Shown here: in pieces, positions 49,728-61,828 of the stretch
Numbering within the stretch: the first letter of the stretch is position 1
Layout of the letters: each line of letters begins with the position of its first letter
The notes under the pieces: generated by a model
Seen by the model: the letters and a program-made list of their open reading frames with translations, nothing else
What the model was told of the DNA's origin: nothing
Databases searched by the model: none
Position numbers and translations under genes: made by a program
Source of the DNA: Felis catus
Taxonomy: Eukaryota
Direction of reading: 5' to 3'
NCBI RefSeq assembly: GCF_018350175.1
Contig: NC_058383.1
Location: forward strand, 20,772,001 to 20,836,000
DNA length: 64,000 nt

Positions 49728-50270
49728 GTTGAGTCCCGGGGCTGCCCCACTAACAAGATACCCCAAACGGGGTGGTTTAAACCCAGAGAAATTTCAGGGC
49801 GCCTGGGTGGCTCCGTCGGTTGAGCCTCCGACTTGGGCTCAAGTCGTGATCTCTCGGTTTGCGGGCCCGAGCGCCACGTCGGGCTCGGTGCTGACAGCTC
49901 GGAGCCTGGAGCCTGCTTCCGATTCTGTGTCTCCTTCTCTCTCTGCTCCTCCTCTGCTCACACTCTGTGTCTCTGTCTCTCAAAAATAAATAAGCATTAC
50001 GCCGCCGTTTCCTGGTTTCGGGCGGTTGCTGGCAATGCTCAGGGTTCCTTGGCTTAACGGCTGCGTGATTCCTGTTTCCGCCTCTGTCTTCCTCCCCTCG
50101 GGGTGCATCTCTTCCTATTGGGACACCAGCCGCTGAATGAATGAGGTCCCACCCCAGTCTAGGAAGACCCTAATTCCAAATACTGGAGGGCGACCTTGTT
50201 CGACCGAGGGCAATCACCGAACAGGAGAAGCACTGTTAGGAGCCGGGTAGGGCACAGTTCGACCCCAGGA
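49728..50270 (-). mobile_element. MaLR LTR (MLT1C-like) interrupted by a SINE
   Basis: ggggctgccccactaacaagataccccaaacggggtggtttaaac ... ggttgctggcaatgctcagggttccttggctt ... aagaccctaattccaaata. Confidence 0.7.
49797..49999 (+). mobile_element. Can-SINE (no poly-A tail or TSD)
   Basis: Canonical head and body. Confidence 0.95.
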
Positions 50271-50500
50271 ATGATCACGTACGGGTTTCAGTATTTAATA
50301 GCGAGGACTCGGACACTAAAACGAAGGGTGGATCTGGGAGATCACCCTTTCGTTCAATAAACGTTTGGATCCCGACTGTATACCAAGTACGAAATCCTAA
50401 CGGTCGGACTACTCCAACGTGAGCTCCCTTGGTGGGGCCAAAGCCCAGGCGGGGAGGCAAACTTGCAAAGGGCAACCACAGGAGGATTTAAAAATTAAAA

Positions 50501-50733
50501 GGGGCGCCTGAGTGGCGCAGTCGGTTAAGCGTCCGACTTCAGCCAGGTCACGATCTCGCGCTCCGTGAGTTCGAGCCCCGCGTCGGGCTCTGGGCTGATG
50601 GCTCAGAGCCTGGAGCCTGTTTCCGATTCTGTGTCTCCCTCTCTCTCTGCCCTTCCCCCGTTCATGCTCTGTCTCTCTCTGTCCCAAAAATAAATAAACG
50701 TTGAAAAAAAAATTTTTTTTTTAATTAAAAAAA
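50501..50733 (+). mobile_element. Young feline-type Can-SINE
   Basis: tggcgcagtcggttaagcgtccgacttcagccaggtcacgatctcgcg. Confidence 0.96.
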
Positions 50734-51079
50734 GTTCCCTCTCAAGAGCCGTGGAAGCATAGAGGTCAAGGTTATTAAGTCAGCCTGGAGAGAAGACGGA
50801 AAAGTAACCAAAGGCTCAACGACAAGTGGCCTTCTCCAGGCAGAAAAGCGACGGCAAAATTACACTGTCCCCGGCCTAGTTTTAGTTCTGCTAAAAACAC
50901 AAAAATCTCCTTTGGGAAACCTGTTGTCTATTCTCAACACGGCTGAGTGCGTAGGACGAGCCTGCCCGCAGCTCCGGGGGTTCCTGGCCAGCCGGGACAT
51001 CCCACGGCCTTGTCTAATAAGTAGGGCCAACGGGAGATAAGGGGACCCTGGCCGGGGGGTGCAGGAAGGTATCACCTAC

Positions 51080-51365
51080 ACTACATTGGGGGCTAGAAGG
51101 ATGTGAAGCTTACAGCTGCTGGAACCGTCTTGCAACTCTAAGGGGAGGATCTTGAAACTGCCCAGAAAAACAGCAGATCCTGGGAACGGAGCCACTCACA
51201 AGAAGCACGGCCAAAGGCTGGATCCTGTTAGCATTATTTACGTCCTGAATCAAACGGTACCTGAAAGGCAGACCGTACGGACCCTTCGTTACGTGAGTCA
51301 ATAGATGTATTTTATTTTGCTTAAGCCAGTATGAACTGCATTTCCTGGTACCTCCGACCAAATGA
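51080..51365 (+). mobile_element. Old MaLR LTR 3' part
   Basis: tcctgaatcaaacggtacctgaa ... gttacgtgagtcaata ... ttgcttaagccagt. Confidence 0.55.
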
Positions 51366-52409
51366 CTCTCCGCCGAAACGGCAGTCCGGGATGCAGGAAC
51401 AGCATGTCAGAAGTCACAGAGGCAAGAAGAATGGGGTGTTCTCTAGAAAGGGGTGAGAATTCAGTGCAGCTGGTGAGCGAGTGAAGAGACGGCCGAGGTC
51501 TCACTGGAAGAGACTTTCGATCAAGCTGGGTTTGGGTTTCGTTGTGGCGTTTTTATATCCCTCCCAATTCTGAAATTCTTTGGTTTTCTGAGCTGCGTTC
51601 CAGAAATCTTTGCAAGAGAAAGGGAACATTGGTCCAAGAGGAGCAGCCTTGCCTGAGTTACCGCCTTAGGTCCTAATGTGCCTGCTGTTGGGTATTTTAT
51701 CTGTATCCATCAATCTGCAGGGAAGCGGGGAGTCAGGGGTAAAAATTACTTCTCTGGCTCCTGGAGCCCGTGAGCCCCGGGTGTGCTGATCACAAGCCTG
51801 GCAATAACCGTCCCAGGTGCCAGGAGCTACACCCCCACGGCCAAGTCTCCCCGTGCTCAGATACCCGCGATGCAGTCACGTTTAAGGATGCCAGAAATTT
51901 CCACTCTCGGGCTCCAGAGCATTTGGAAGAGCGGGAAACAGAGCTGAAGCCTCAAGTCACATTTCACATGCACGCAGTTCCCAAGCTTCACACTGGTCTC
52001 AGCAGCTGGGGCACGGAAGGGTGAGGCTCCCAGGTTACTTCCAGAAATTCACTCTGCCCGCTCCACGGTGGGCACGTCTGACCATGTCCGGGAAGGGGAT
52101 GAGATCCGCACCTTCAGTGCGGACACGCGGACTGGGCTGGCCGCTTGGATGCCAAGAGATGCCCAGTGCCGCACACAGGAGGCAATGTCCCCTCCCTCCT
52201 CTAACAGGGCCAAGTAAAAAGACCAGCAAGGCTTCCCTACCCCCGGTATCCAAGAAGCGATGACAAGGACAAGCGAACAATTTCAGACAAAAGTGTAGCT
52301 ACAGAAGTGTTGGCTTCGTAGGTATCTGTCTAATTCTCTAAAATGTAGGTTCTAGGACAGCAGTGACTCTGTCTTATTTGGTCAATGCTTTATCCGACTT
52401 ATTTAATGA

Positions 52410-52682
52410 TAATAAACCAGTAACACCATGAGGGGTCTGTAACGGGTCAGGCAGTATCGTGCAGGTGCAAGCATCGGTGCTCTATCAGTGTGTCTGAACC
52501 TCAATAATCCCAGGAGGTGGGCACGATCGTTAATCCCGCGTGCAGATGAGTAAACTGAGGCAGAGTCTGGATAACTTGCACGAGCTCATCCAGCTGAAAT
52601 ATGGCAGAGCTAAACCCTTGAACCCGTGACAAACCGGCTCCAGAGTCCACGTTCTAATTATTGCCACGCCTATACTGCCTTC
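52410..52682 (-). mobile_element. MIR
   Basis: cagatgagtaaactgaggcagag ... aacttgc ... tggcagagct ... gctccagagtcc ... cacgcctatactgcct. Confidence 0.75.
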
Positions 52683-53199
52683 CAACTGCCCGGAACATTC
52701 ATTCAACCAGTCCTTAACAAGCATCGACTGCACCCCAAGTACATTTCCGGGTGCTGGGGATTCAGCTACGAATAAGACGAATTCGGGAGCTCATTAAACA
52801 TTTGCTGGACGGATGACCAGGCAGATGTACGGACGGACAGAAGGATGGATGAATCGATGGATGGGTGACTAGCAAGGCAGGACTCAGAAATGTGGGAAGG
52901 ATCTGCTGACTATCACTAGTGAGTCGTCAGTAAAAGAGGCCGAGTCTCTCTTCCTCAGGTTTTTTTCCCCCTGCATTTGATAGTAATTTGTCAGCGGAAT
53001 GCACGCAGCCTGTAGGACCAGAAGCCCGGCCCCATCCCTTTTAACATCCGCGTGATCCTGAACAGTTCACTTAACCTCCTGGACCTGTTTCCTCACTTAC
53101 GAAATGAGAACAACCCCAGCCACTCACACAGTTGCTGTGGATTAAATGCTACTCGCTATTGTTTGGAGCCTCATTCAAACGCCATCTCTTTTCTACAGC

Positions 53200-53350
53200 T
53201 TTCCGTTCAATTCAACAGATGTTTACGAAACGTGTCCTTTACGCAGGCATTGTGCTGAGGGTAAGGATACAACGGTAAATTAGACAAACACGGTCCTTGC
53301 GTTCAAAGAAGTTTTAGTTTAGCAGGAAAGACAGGACAAAAACAAACAAA
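53200..53350 (-). mobile_element. L2 3' end
   Basis: ttcaattcaacagatgttta ... caggcattgtgct ... ggtccttgcgttcaaagaagttttagtttagcaggaaagacag. Confidence 0.7.
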
Positions 53351-53664
53351 CGTGTTTTGTGAGTGCTGGAGAAAGCGTGGAATGCTAGGGGGGCGCTGGC
53401 CAGGGCGGGGATTGGCCTCTCCACCTCGGTGCCCCCGTATCGGTTGGCAACTAATGTATGCATCTGTCTCCCTTGTCAAACGCAACCCTTAAAAAGGAAT
53501 CAATTGCACCAAATGGAGGTAATGTGGATATAAGGAAGGAGAGATGGATGGATGGATGAATGGATGGATGGATGAGTGGATGTTGGATGATGCATGGATG
53601 CATGGATGGACAGATGGATGGAAGGAAGCTTTGAAAGAATGGTCCACACGAGAACAATCAGGAC
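53318..53664 (+). repeat. Inverted repeat, left arm (contains (TGGA)n)
   Basis: Collinear with the reverse complement of 54776-55117. Confidence 0.92.
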
Positions 53665-53889
53665 TTCACAAAAGCCAAGTCCAGGGGCAAAACCCAGTCT
53701 ACATTGAGCTGGTGTCCACGTATTTAAAAACTGGATGGAACAGTTGCATCAGACGCAGATCGGGGGCAAAGCCAGGAACTTCGACGGGGTTAACATGAAA
53801 AAGGTGAAAAACAGGGCCCAGCTGCAGGAGATGACACCAGCCAAAAGGATCCTTTGCGGGTAGCTGGACCCAGAAGGTCAAGGGCGGTA

Positions 53890-54135
53890 TGTTGTAAGAA
53901 CAGTCACAAATGTCTCTCACCCTCTTGGATGCGCCCCTTCACGATACGGCTTTGTGGCTCCTATCACCATGACGAAACATACTCGGCTACTCTGAACCTG
54001 GCCTCGCCCACAGGACTTGTTTTGGTCAACGGAACATGAGCAAACGTGGCACAATCAGGAGCACCCCACCAGCCACGGAATCCTGAGGAATGATCAGAAT
54101 GGTTACCATTTTAAAACACTACGTTGGTTGGGGGC
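53890..54135 (+). mobile_element. Internally deleted MaLR LTR (MLT1G/H-like)
   Basis: cagtcacaaat ... ctttgtggctcct ... gacttgttttggtcaacggaacatgagcaaacgtg ... ttttaaaacactacgtt. Confidence 0.5.
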
Positions 54136-54654
54136 GGGGAGCGTTCTGCTCTGAAAGCTCCTGGAGGAAAGGGGAATGGTGAAGAACCATGAGCCCTCCA
54201 GCAGACCGGGTGACAAGCTGGGGTGCCCGAGGCCACTCCTTTCCGTTTGCCGGCCCTCGGGGCGGAGAAATAATTTCAGCAAAAACACTACTCATCGGTA
54301 CGGACACATGATGAGCTGACCACACTGTGGAACCTGAAAGGCCGTCTGCCTGCATGTATTTCTTCGATTACTTTTTTTAACTGTTGAAGAATTTATTCAA
54401 CACACATTGATTGAGCCCCGATACAGGTTAAGCTCTGCAAATAAAGTGGAAGGGAAGACAGGCTTGGGTCGTGTCCCTACACGGCGAAGTGATCATACCA
54501 GGGCTGGGATGGGGGTTTCGAGCCGGAAGAGAGCTCTGAGCAGGAAGTGGCCTTATGACAATCATCCGGCCTGATCCTGGGGCTTTAGCCAGAAAGTCCA
54601 ACCACACGCTGCTTGATGGCTTCCAGGATGGAGGAACTACAGCTGTCTTTGCTC

Positions 54655-55200
54655 CTCACACAGTGGTTAAGAGGACACACTCTGGCGTCCTGCTGTCTGA
54701 ATTCAAGATACACTATTTATGTAATTAATCTCTCTGTGCTTCTGTTTTCTTATTTAAAAACTGGGATCCATACTCGTCCTGGTCGTTCCCCTGTGGACCG
54801 TTCTCTCAGCTTCCTTCCATCCATCCGTCCATCCATCCATCCATCCATCCATCCATCCATCCATCTCTCCTTCCTTATATCCACTCTTGTATCCATTTGG
54901 TGCAACGGATTCCTTTTTAAGTGTTGTGTGGGCATCTCTATAAAAGCCGTGTTTGACAAGGGAGACAGATGCATACAGCAGTAGCCAACCCAAGTGAAGC
55001 GATACGGGGGCATCGAGGTGGAGAAGCTAATCCCCACCCTGGCCAGCACCCCCCTTAGCATCCCACACTTTCCTTGGCACTCGTGAAACCTGGTTTCTTC
55101 CTGTCTTTCTGGCTAAATCGGTACGTAGGGTTGTTGCGGGTACTCAGCGAGATGATACCTAGAACACAGAAATACCCGGCTCCCCCGGGGTGAGTACTAT
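54655..55200 (+). mobile_element. MIR split by the inverted duplicate
   Basis: cagtggttaagagg...ttaatctctctgtgcttctgttttcttatttaaaaactggga | insert | gtagggttgttgcgggtactcagcgagatgata. Confidence 0.7.
54776..55117 (-). repeat. Inverted repeat, right arm (contains (TCCA)n)
   Basis: Collinear with 53318-53664. Confidence 0.92.
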
Positions 55201-55789
55201 GGAACTTTGTTACCATCCTCCTTCCTTGCTCCTGGTCCCACCCTTACTTCCCGCTCAGTGAGGCTCCTGATACCTGGCTCTGACACGTTTGTCCCAGTGT
55301 GGATCTGCCTTCCCCCATTTAGATCTGGGCACCCTCTCCGAGGAAGTCACGATATATCTCGAGGCCCCTGCTGCAAGGGGTGTCACTGACGGGTAGCTCC
55401 GGCTTGAGGCCTCCCTCCCTCCACTGGCCTGGCCGGGTTCCTTTTAGAGCTGTGTCTGCAACAACTTCTCCCCACCCTCCTCCTCCGCCTTCTCCTCTGC
55501 AGGCGTCGGCCTGCCGTTCCCACCTCGCTGCCACCTGTCCTTCATCAAGTCCCCAAAACCTCTTGTGTGTCCCTCACCCCACGCTGGCGTGCGCTTCTGC
55601 TTCTGGAAGGACGTCCCGACCTAGCGTCTTCTTTGCGACTATGTCCCACCTATGTTGTCTGATTTTCTCTGCTTAGTGCTACCACAGGTAATATCCTCCC
55701 AAATGGCCAGACTTCCAGACCTAGAAGACGTGTCTGCCTTCTCTACAGACCAGGAAAGAGTGGCCTGTCCCCGCGTCCTGGCGCCTTCA

Positions 55790-56450
55790 CCTTCAACTAC
55801 AGCCAGAACCTGACCACGTTCCCCACGTCCGCAACTACCGGCTCAGTCCAGGACGCCAATCTTTCTTGCTTGTACCATTGCAATAGTATGCCAGCTGACC
55901 TCCCCGTTTCTGCACCAGCCCCTCTTCGGTCTGTACTGTTAAAACTAAGCAACCCTATCAGAGCGAAGTCAGATGACGTAGCGCCTCTGCTTAATGTCTC
56001 CTGACAGATTCCCACCTAACTCAGACCGAAAGCCAAAGTCCTCGCCAGGCTAGGGAAGGGCCCTGCCCGACCCGCTCCGACCCGCCACTGGCTCATTCTG
56101 CCACCTCTACGTTGGCCTCTTTTTGGTGCTGGTGCTCCCATCTCAGGGGTTCATCATTTGCTCCTGCCCGTCTGTCCATAAAGCTCTTCCCGGAGACCAG
56201 CGCTGACTTCATTTGGCTTTACTCGAACGCCACCTTCCTAGCGAGGCCCTCGTTGGTTACTCTGCCTCACATTCCAAACTTCCCCTTCCCCTGTTTTGTT
56301 TTTGTTTGTGGTGTCCTGACGCCCATCACCACAGAACACGGCTTAGGTTTTACGTGTTTCACCTCTCCCGGACAGAATGTAAGTTCCGTGACGTCGCGTG
56401 ATTTCTGTCCGCTGTCGTACCCACAGTACCTAGTGCGCTGTCTGGTTCAG
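55790..56450 (+). mobile_element. L2 LINE 3' region
   Basis: ttgcaatagt...ctgacctccccgtttctg; agaatgtaagttccgtg ... cacagtacctagtgcgctgtctgg. Confidence 0.65.
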
Positions 56451-57827
56451 GAGAGGGGGAGGAGGAGGGAGGAAGGGAGGGACAGAGGGACGGAGGGCAG
56501 AGGGGGTAGGAGGGAGAGGTGAAGTAAGAAAGGGAAGGGATGGATGGACGGACAGATGGACGGACGGAAGAGAGGACAAGAGGAGAAGTAAGGAGAAAAG
56601 CAGGGATGAGAACGGGCTGGCCAGGTGCTGGAGATGCCCACAAGACTCAGCAGGGAGAAGTAAACTGCCACCAGCAAGGACGTGATGAACGCCCAGGGAG
56701 ATCGAATCCATGGATTGACCTGGAAAATATCCAGCTCTGATTTAATTACTTTATCCCTTCGGGCTCTGAGTGGAGTGGGACCACAGAAGTTTGGATGGCC
56801 TGCGACTTCAACCCGTTAACATCCCGAAGGTAGAGATGAACCCTCCAGGAAGGCCCCAAGCTGCAGAGGAAGGCAGAGATCTGAACCCCGGTCCTGCGCG
56901 GTCCTGGCCATGTCACTGAACCTCTCTGAGCCTTCTCTTCTTTATCTCTAAACTTTAAGATAACGAGACATTTATACTGAGATGCCCGCAAGGGTGTTAG
57001 AAGAATTCATCGAGAACAGCACGCGCAGGGCCCAGCACAGAGCGTGGGATTTAACAAGGGCTGGTGTTCCTCCCGGAGACAAGTCATTCCGTGCCTTCGT
57101 TTCCTCGCGTGGAGGAAGGACTTCCTAACAGCACCCACTGATGGGGTTTCTGGGACGATGACACCGGGCTCAGAATGATGACGGCTCAATCAATGTTAGC
57201 AGTGCCGTCGCCTCGGCCGTTGGGAGAGGATCAGCTCTGAGGACACGAGCGGTGTGCCCGAGCCCCCACGGCTTCACGGGAACGCACCCTTGAGCCACGG
57301 AGATCTCCCCGGAATGACAAAGTGTTCCCTTCATAGCCCCCTAGTTTGCATCTGAGGAACAACGTCCCGAGGAGGTCAGGTAACTTGCCCAAAGCCACGG
57401 AGTCCCCGTGGCAAAGTTCGCGCGGAACCCACAGGGTCAGGGGGCAGGCGGTGTCCACCTTCGACACCTCTCCGCACCCCAGGTCCCCGGGGCCACCGTG
57501 ACCGAGCCCACGCTGCACGGGGAAAGGTGCTCCAACCTGTCCTTCGCTGCTTTTGCTAGGAGGCTGACAGTTCTCCACGGTCCAGAATTTTGTGTAGACC
57601 ACACAACCGCTGATGTGGCTTCTCCGCAGACAGCAGATCAGCAGCCCGGTCCCACGGGCCGTGAGTCGGAGGGATGTACGCCCCTCCCCCTTCCCAGCAG
57701 CAGATGGATGAATCCATCTTGCTCCTTTCTGGTACCCCAGGAACATTCAGCAACTACTGCTATTATTCTTACATGAACTAAGAGTCAGGGAAATCAGGAT
57801 TCCAAAGGTAGGGTGGAAAAGGTAAAT

Positions 57828-57878
57828 ACACACACACACACACACACGCACACGCACACGCGTGCGTGCACATACACG
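57828..57878. repeat. (CA)n/(CG) alternating repeat
   Basis: Direct reading. Confidence 0.9.
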
Positions 57879-59699
57879 CGCTTCGTGCTGCAGGAATTCT
57901 TAGAGGCTGTGACACACCCCCAAGAAACTCTAGAAGCATCATCGTACGAGACAACCTGCCCCCACGCAGACGGTCTTGTTTTCATCTGCTCTTCTGTCCC
58001 AGACAGACGGGCTGTTTACCAATAACCACGTCACCCCCAGCTTCCCTACAAGGAACGCGGCGGGGGTAAGGCCACGGCCACGGCTGACAAGGGCAGTCTC
58101 TGTTTCCCCTGATTCCGAGCCAGTTTCTAACGCTGACGATCAGAATTCCAACATTTGCTCCTCAAGGCAATGACTCCCGAGGAGTTGACTAGCCTCCGGA
58201 TGAAATGCTAGGTTGTTTTCTTTTTCTTCTGTTTCTTTGAATCCTGAACCCTTCAGAGCGTGAGGGCTCACCAAATGGTCCCTGTTTATGAAATATTTTT
58301 TCCTCCCACTTCAGCGGGGTTGTGTTTCTTTTTCTTTGAAGGCGCCCCTGAAATCTAGCAGGCTGTTGTTCTATGTCAAGGTGCTCCTGGGCGCCCGCGG
58401 CAGGCTGAGAGCAGGGACATCTGCTGTCGGGGCTGCGGACTCCTACGGCGGGAAGGGGGAAGGAGAATAACAGAAAAGCAGGCTGCACTGCCTACTGTTT
58501 CCTCCGGATTTAGTACCTTACAATGAATCTTCAATTCAGGGGGAAAAAAAAATCAGCTTTTTGGCATAGAAGTCACGGCCACCGCCAAAGTTCTAAATCT
58601 GTTCCACTCCCCTTACAGGATTCCAAGGAAAGTGGTTGGATCCTGGCTTTCTTTTTTTTTTTTTTTTTCCATCTTAACAGCAGGCATCTTCGCTCAGGTG
58701 GGAGGCGGGCAGAGGTAGAGGGAGCAGGTGGAACAAGGTAAGGAAGCGGGTACAGATTCTGACTTGGTCCATCCGCGTGTATCTGACAGACTCGCCCCCG
58801 GGACCTCCACTGTCTTCGTTTCTACGATCTCTAAAGGACAGCTGAAGGAGGCACATACACACCCCGATCTCTGTACCTCCCCGTCTCAATGTACCTACCT
58901 ACCCACTCATCTAGGACCTACTTATCTACCCGTCTGTGGGCATATGTCACAGCTGGGTAAACTGAGTGTGCCTGTACGTCGGTGAGTGGAGATTAACTCA
59001 GCCCTCCCACTGCCCTTCCGATGTTCTTAATTAGGACCCCACTGACTCAGTAATTCCTCATCTTGACCGTGAACGGTTCCAGTATTCATGCAACCTGCAT
59101 TTATTTGAGCACCTCTTATGTGCCAGCCCCTACAGCTACGGAATAAGATACTGGCTGCGCCCTTGGGATTAAAACCCTCCCAGAAAATGCCTTGGTAGCT
59201 CTGTGTGCATTGAGCGCTTGCGTGCGTGTGTGCATGTGAGTGTGTGCATGTGTGTGTTTATACTGAAGGTGAAGAAAGACATCATGCGAATCTAAAACAG
59301 AGGGATTGTGCTGCAGCAGAATGTCCGGCTAGATGAAAGGAAGTCAGTCTTACTAGCACAGGATCCTAAAACCAAGCAGGGAGCACCACAGGGATAGCAG
59401 ATTCTCTCAACGAGAGTTCCAAATCTAGGGGTTATCCTAATTTCTCCCCTCCCAGCTCTGGCTAATCAACAGCACAGGGAAAATGGCATTTGCTGCTCCT
59501 CTCAACGGGGAGCACTCCCCTCCTCCCCCACCTCCCTCCTCCCCCACCCCCCTCCCACGATGATCCTCTGTGACTCTTCCTTAGGCGTCTGGGGAATGTC
59601 CTAAACGTGCCACTATTCTACAAGCTGGGTCCTAGGACCCAGGGCGGACATGAAGTTTATGGTTTGACAGGTCTTCTTTATTCTGAGTGGATGGCAGGA

Positions 59700-59907
59700 T
59701 TTTTTTAATCTTTACTTGTTTATTTTTGTGAGAGAGAGAGAGCGCAAGCGGGTGAGGGGCCGAGAGAGAGGGAGTGAGAATCCCCAGCAGGCTCCGCACG
59801 GCCCGCACAGAGCCCGACGCGGGACTCGAACTCATGCACCGTGAGATCATGACCCGAGCCAAAGTCAAGAGTCAAATACTTAACCGACTGAGCCACCCAG
59901 GCGCCCC
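59700..59907 (-). mobile_element. Can-SINE
   Basis: TSD tggatg(g/c)c(a/g)ggatt. Confidence 0.95.
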
Positions 59908-60289
59908 TCTGGATGCCGGGATTCTAAGGATGGGTTTATTCTACGGTTTGGTTTAACTCGATCAAAGAGAAGACAGCCTGAGTGGGATTGAATGGGGGAG
60001 CCCTCCTGGAGACCGGGGTTCCCTCAAGACTCCCAAAGAATGAACTTGAGGCTCACAGAGGCCAATGGAATGGACGTTTTGACCACTCACATTCCTCTGC
60101 AAGATGCCAGGACACGGAACGGAAGAAGGAACCCAACTGTCTCCTCAGGAGGAGACGCTACCTTTCCCACGCAAGCCCTCTCGGCGTGAGGCAAGTCTCT
60201 AGGTCCATGAATCACTTAGAAGTAAGAGTAAGCACACATGTGTGTCATACATGTGTGTGACACACATGAAATGTGAGATCATGTGCCAC

Positions 60290-60674
60290 TGTCATGGGAT
60301 GCATCCTGTCCTCTCCAAATCTCACAGGCTGAAGCTCTAACCCCCAATATGTCAGAAAGGAACTGAATTTGGAGACAGGAGGCTTACGTTGAAACGAGAC
60401 CATCAGCATGGGCCCTAACCCAATGTGACTGGTGTCCTTACAAGAAGACATGAGAACACTCGGAGAGACACCAGGGGCATCACCCATAGAACCGTGTGAA
60501 GAGGCAGCAGGAAGGCGGCCATCTGCAAGCCAAGGAAGAGGCCTCAATAAAAACAACGCTGCTGCCATCTTGGTTTTGAGCCTTAGGCCTCCAGAAGGGT
60601 GAGAAAATAAATTCTATTGTTTAAAAGTAGCCCAGTCTGTGGTGTTTCGCTGTGGCAGCATGAGCAGACTAACA
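60290..60674 (+). mobile_element. MaLR LTR (MLT1B-like)
   Basis: tgtcatggg ... gggccctaacccaatgtgactggtgtcctt ... gcggccatctgcaagccaagg ... cctccagaa ... aaataaattctattgttt ... gcagactaaca. Confidence 0.88.
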
Positions 60675-60903
60675 CCCTGATCCAGACAACAGAGATATTG
60701 GGTAAAATGAGGCAGAGCTGCAGCAATTTGTCTACACAAAGTTTCCACATTTGGGCGACTTTAAAGGAAAGATTTTTAAACCTCTAATGATCCAAATTAA
60801 ATCTGTTTTTCCAGAAAAACACACCATATGACACCTCTCTATAAAATCAAAACAATGTTTAATTCCAATGGATGACTTAATCTTTTAAAGCAAAATTGAG
60901 GTG

Positions 60904-61121
60904 TTTTTTTTTTTAATTTTCTAACATCTATTTATTTTGAGAGACAGAGACAGAGCATGAATGGGGGAGGGGCAGAGAGAGAGGGAGATACAGAATCCGA
61001 ACAAGGCCCCAGGGTCCGAGCTGTCAGCACAGAGTCCGACACGGGGCTCGAACCCACAAACCGCGAGATCATGACCTGACCTCAGTCGGACACTTAACCG
61101 ACTGAGCCACTCAGGTGCCCC
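60904..61121 (-). mobile_element. Can-SINE
   Basis: Canonical on the reverse strand. Confidence 0.95.
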
Positions 61122-61828
61122 GAGTTTGCTTTTTTAAAATTCAATTGGTCAAAATTATCAGACTTTTTAGAGTATCCTATACGAGAACACCTCCACGTCA
61201 TTTAGTAGAGAGAGAAACCTGAAATAAGACCTAAGATATTTGACTCATAAAAGCAAACAATAATAAATTGGATTCCATTAAACCTAAGAAGTTCTATTCA
61301 TCACAAGACATCATTAAGAGAGAGAGATGTCAAGGCAGACAGTGGAAAATATACTTCAAACACATAAAACTAACAAAGAATTCATACCCAGGATAAACAC
61401 CTCTCTACGAAAACGGACTACGTGGTTTTTTAAAACGAGTAAAATACTAGATCACACAACACTAAAGAAGAAGTCCAAACAGCCGAAGGAAAAAAAGAAA
61501 GAAAGGGTACTCAATTTCATGAGAATCAAGGAAATGCAAATCAAAACCACAGCGAGCTACCCCGACACATCTTTGGCAGAGATGAAAACTACAGTCTCGA
61601 AAATAAGCAATATGAGGAAATAACAGTAACTCCCATACAGTGCAGGTGGGAGTGAAAATCAGGGAAACCACTTTGTCAAGCAGTCTGGCATGACTCACCA
61701 AAGATGAAGATACAAATACCCAATAATCCAGCATTTCTCCCTCTGCATCCATTTATGCACACGCGCACCGAAGTACGAGAGAAAGCCACGCACGCGCCTA
61801 CCGAATACGGGTAGAAAGAACGTTCGTA

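Noticed and set aside
49055..49756. 233-aa ORF on the minus strand
   Set aside because: It is antisense to the CR1/L3 fossil and has no recognisable motif.
53383..53400. CTCF-like motif (gctaggggggcgct) in the inverted-repeat arm; similar partial matches near 6757 and 48903
   Set aside because: The 5' half matches poorly and such GC-rich partial matches are common.
61327..61623. ORF containing IKEMQIKTT
   Set aside because: This is a degraded L1 ORF2 C-terminal remnant, not a gene.
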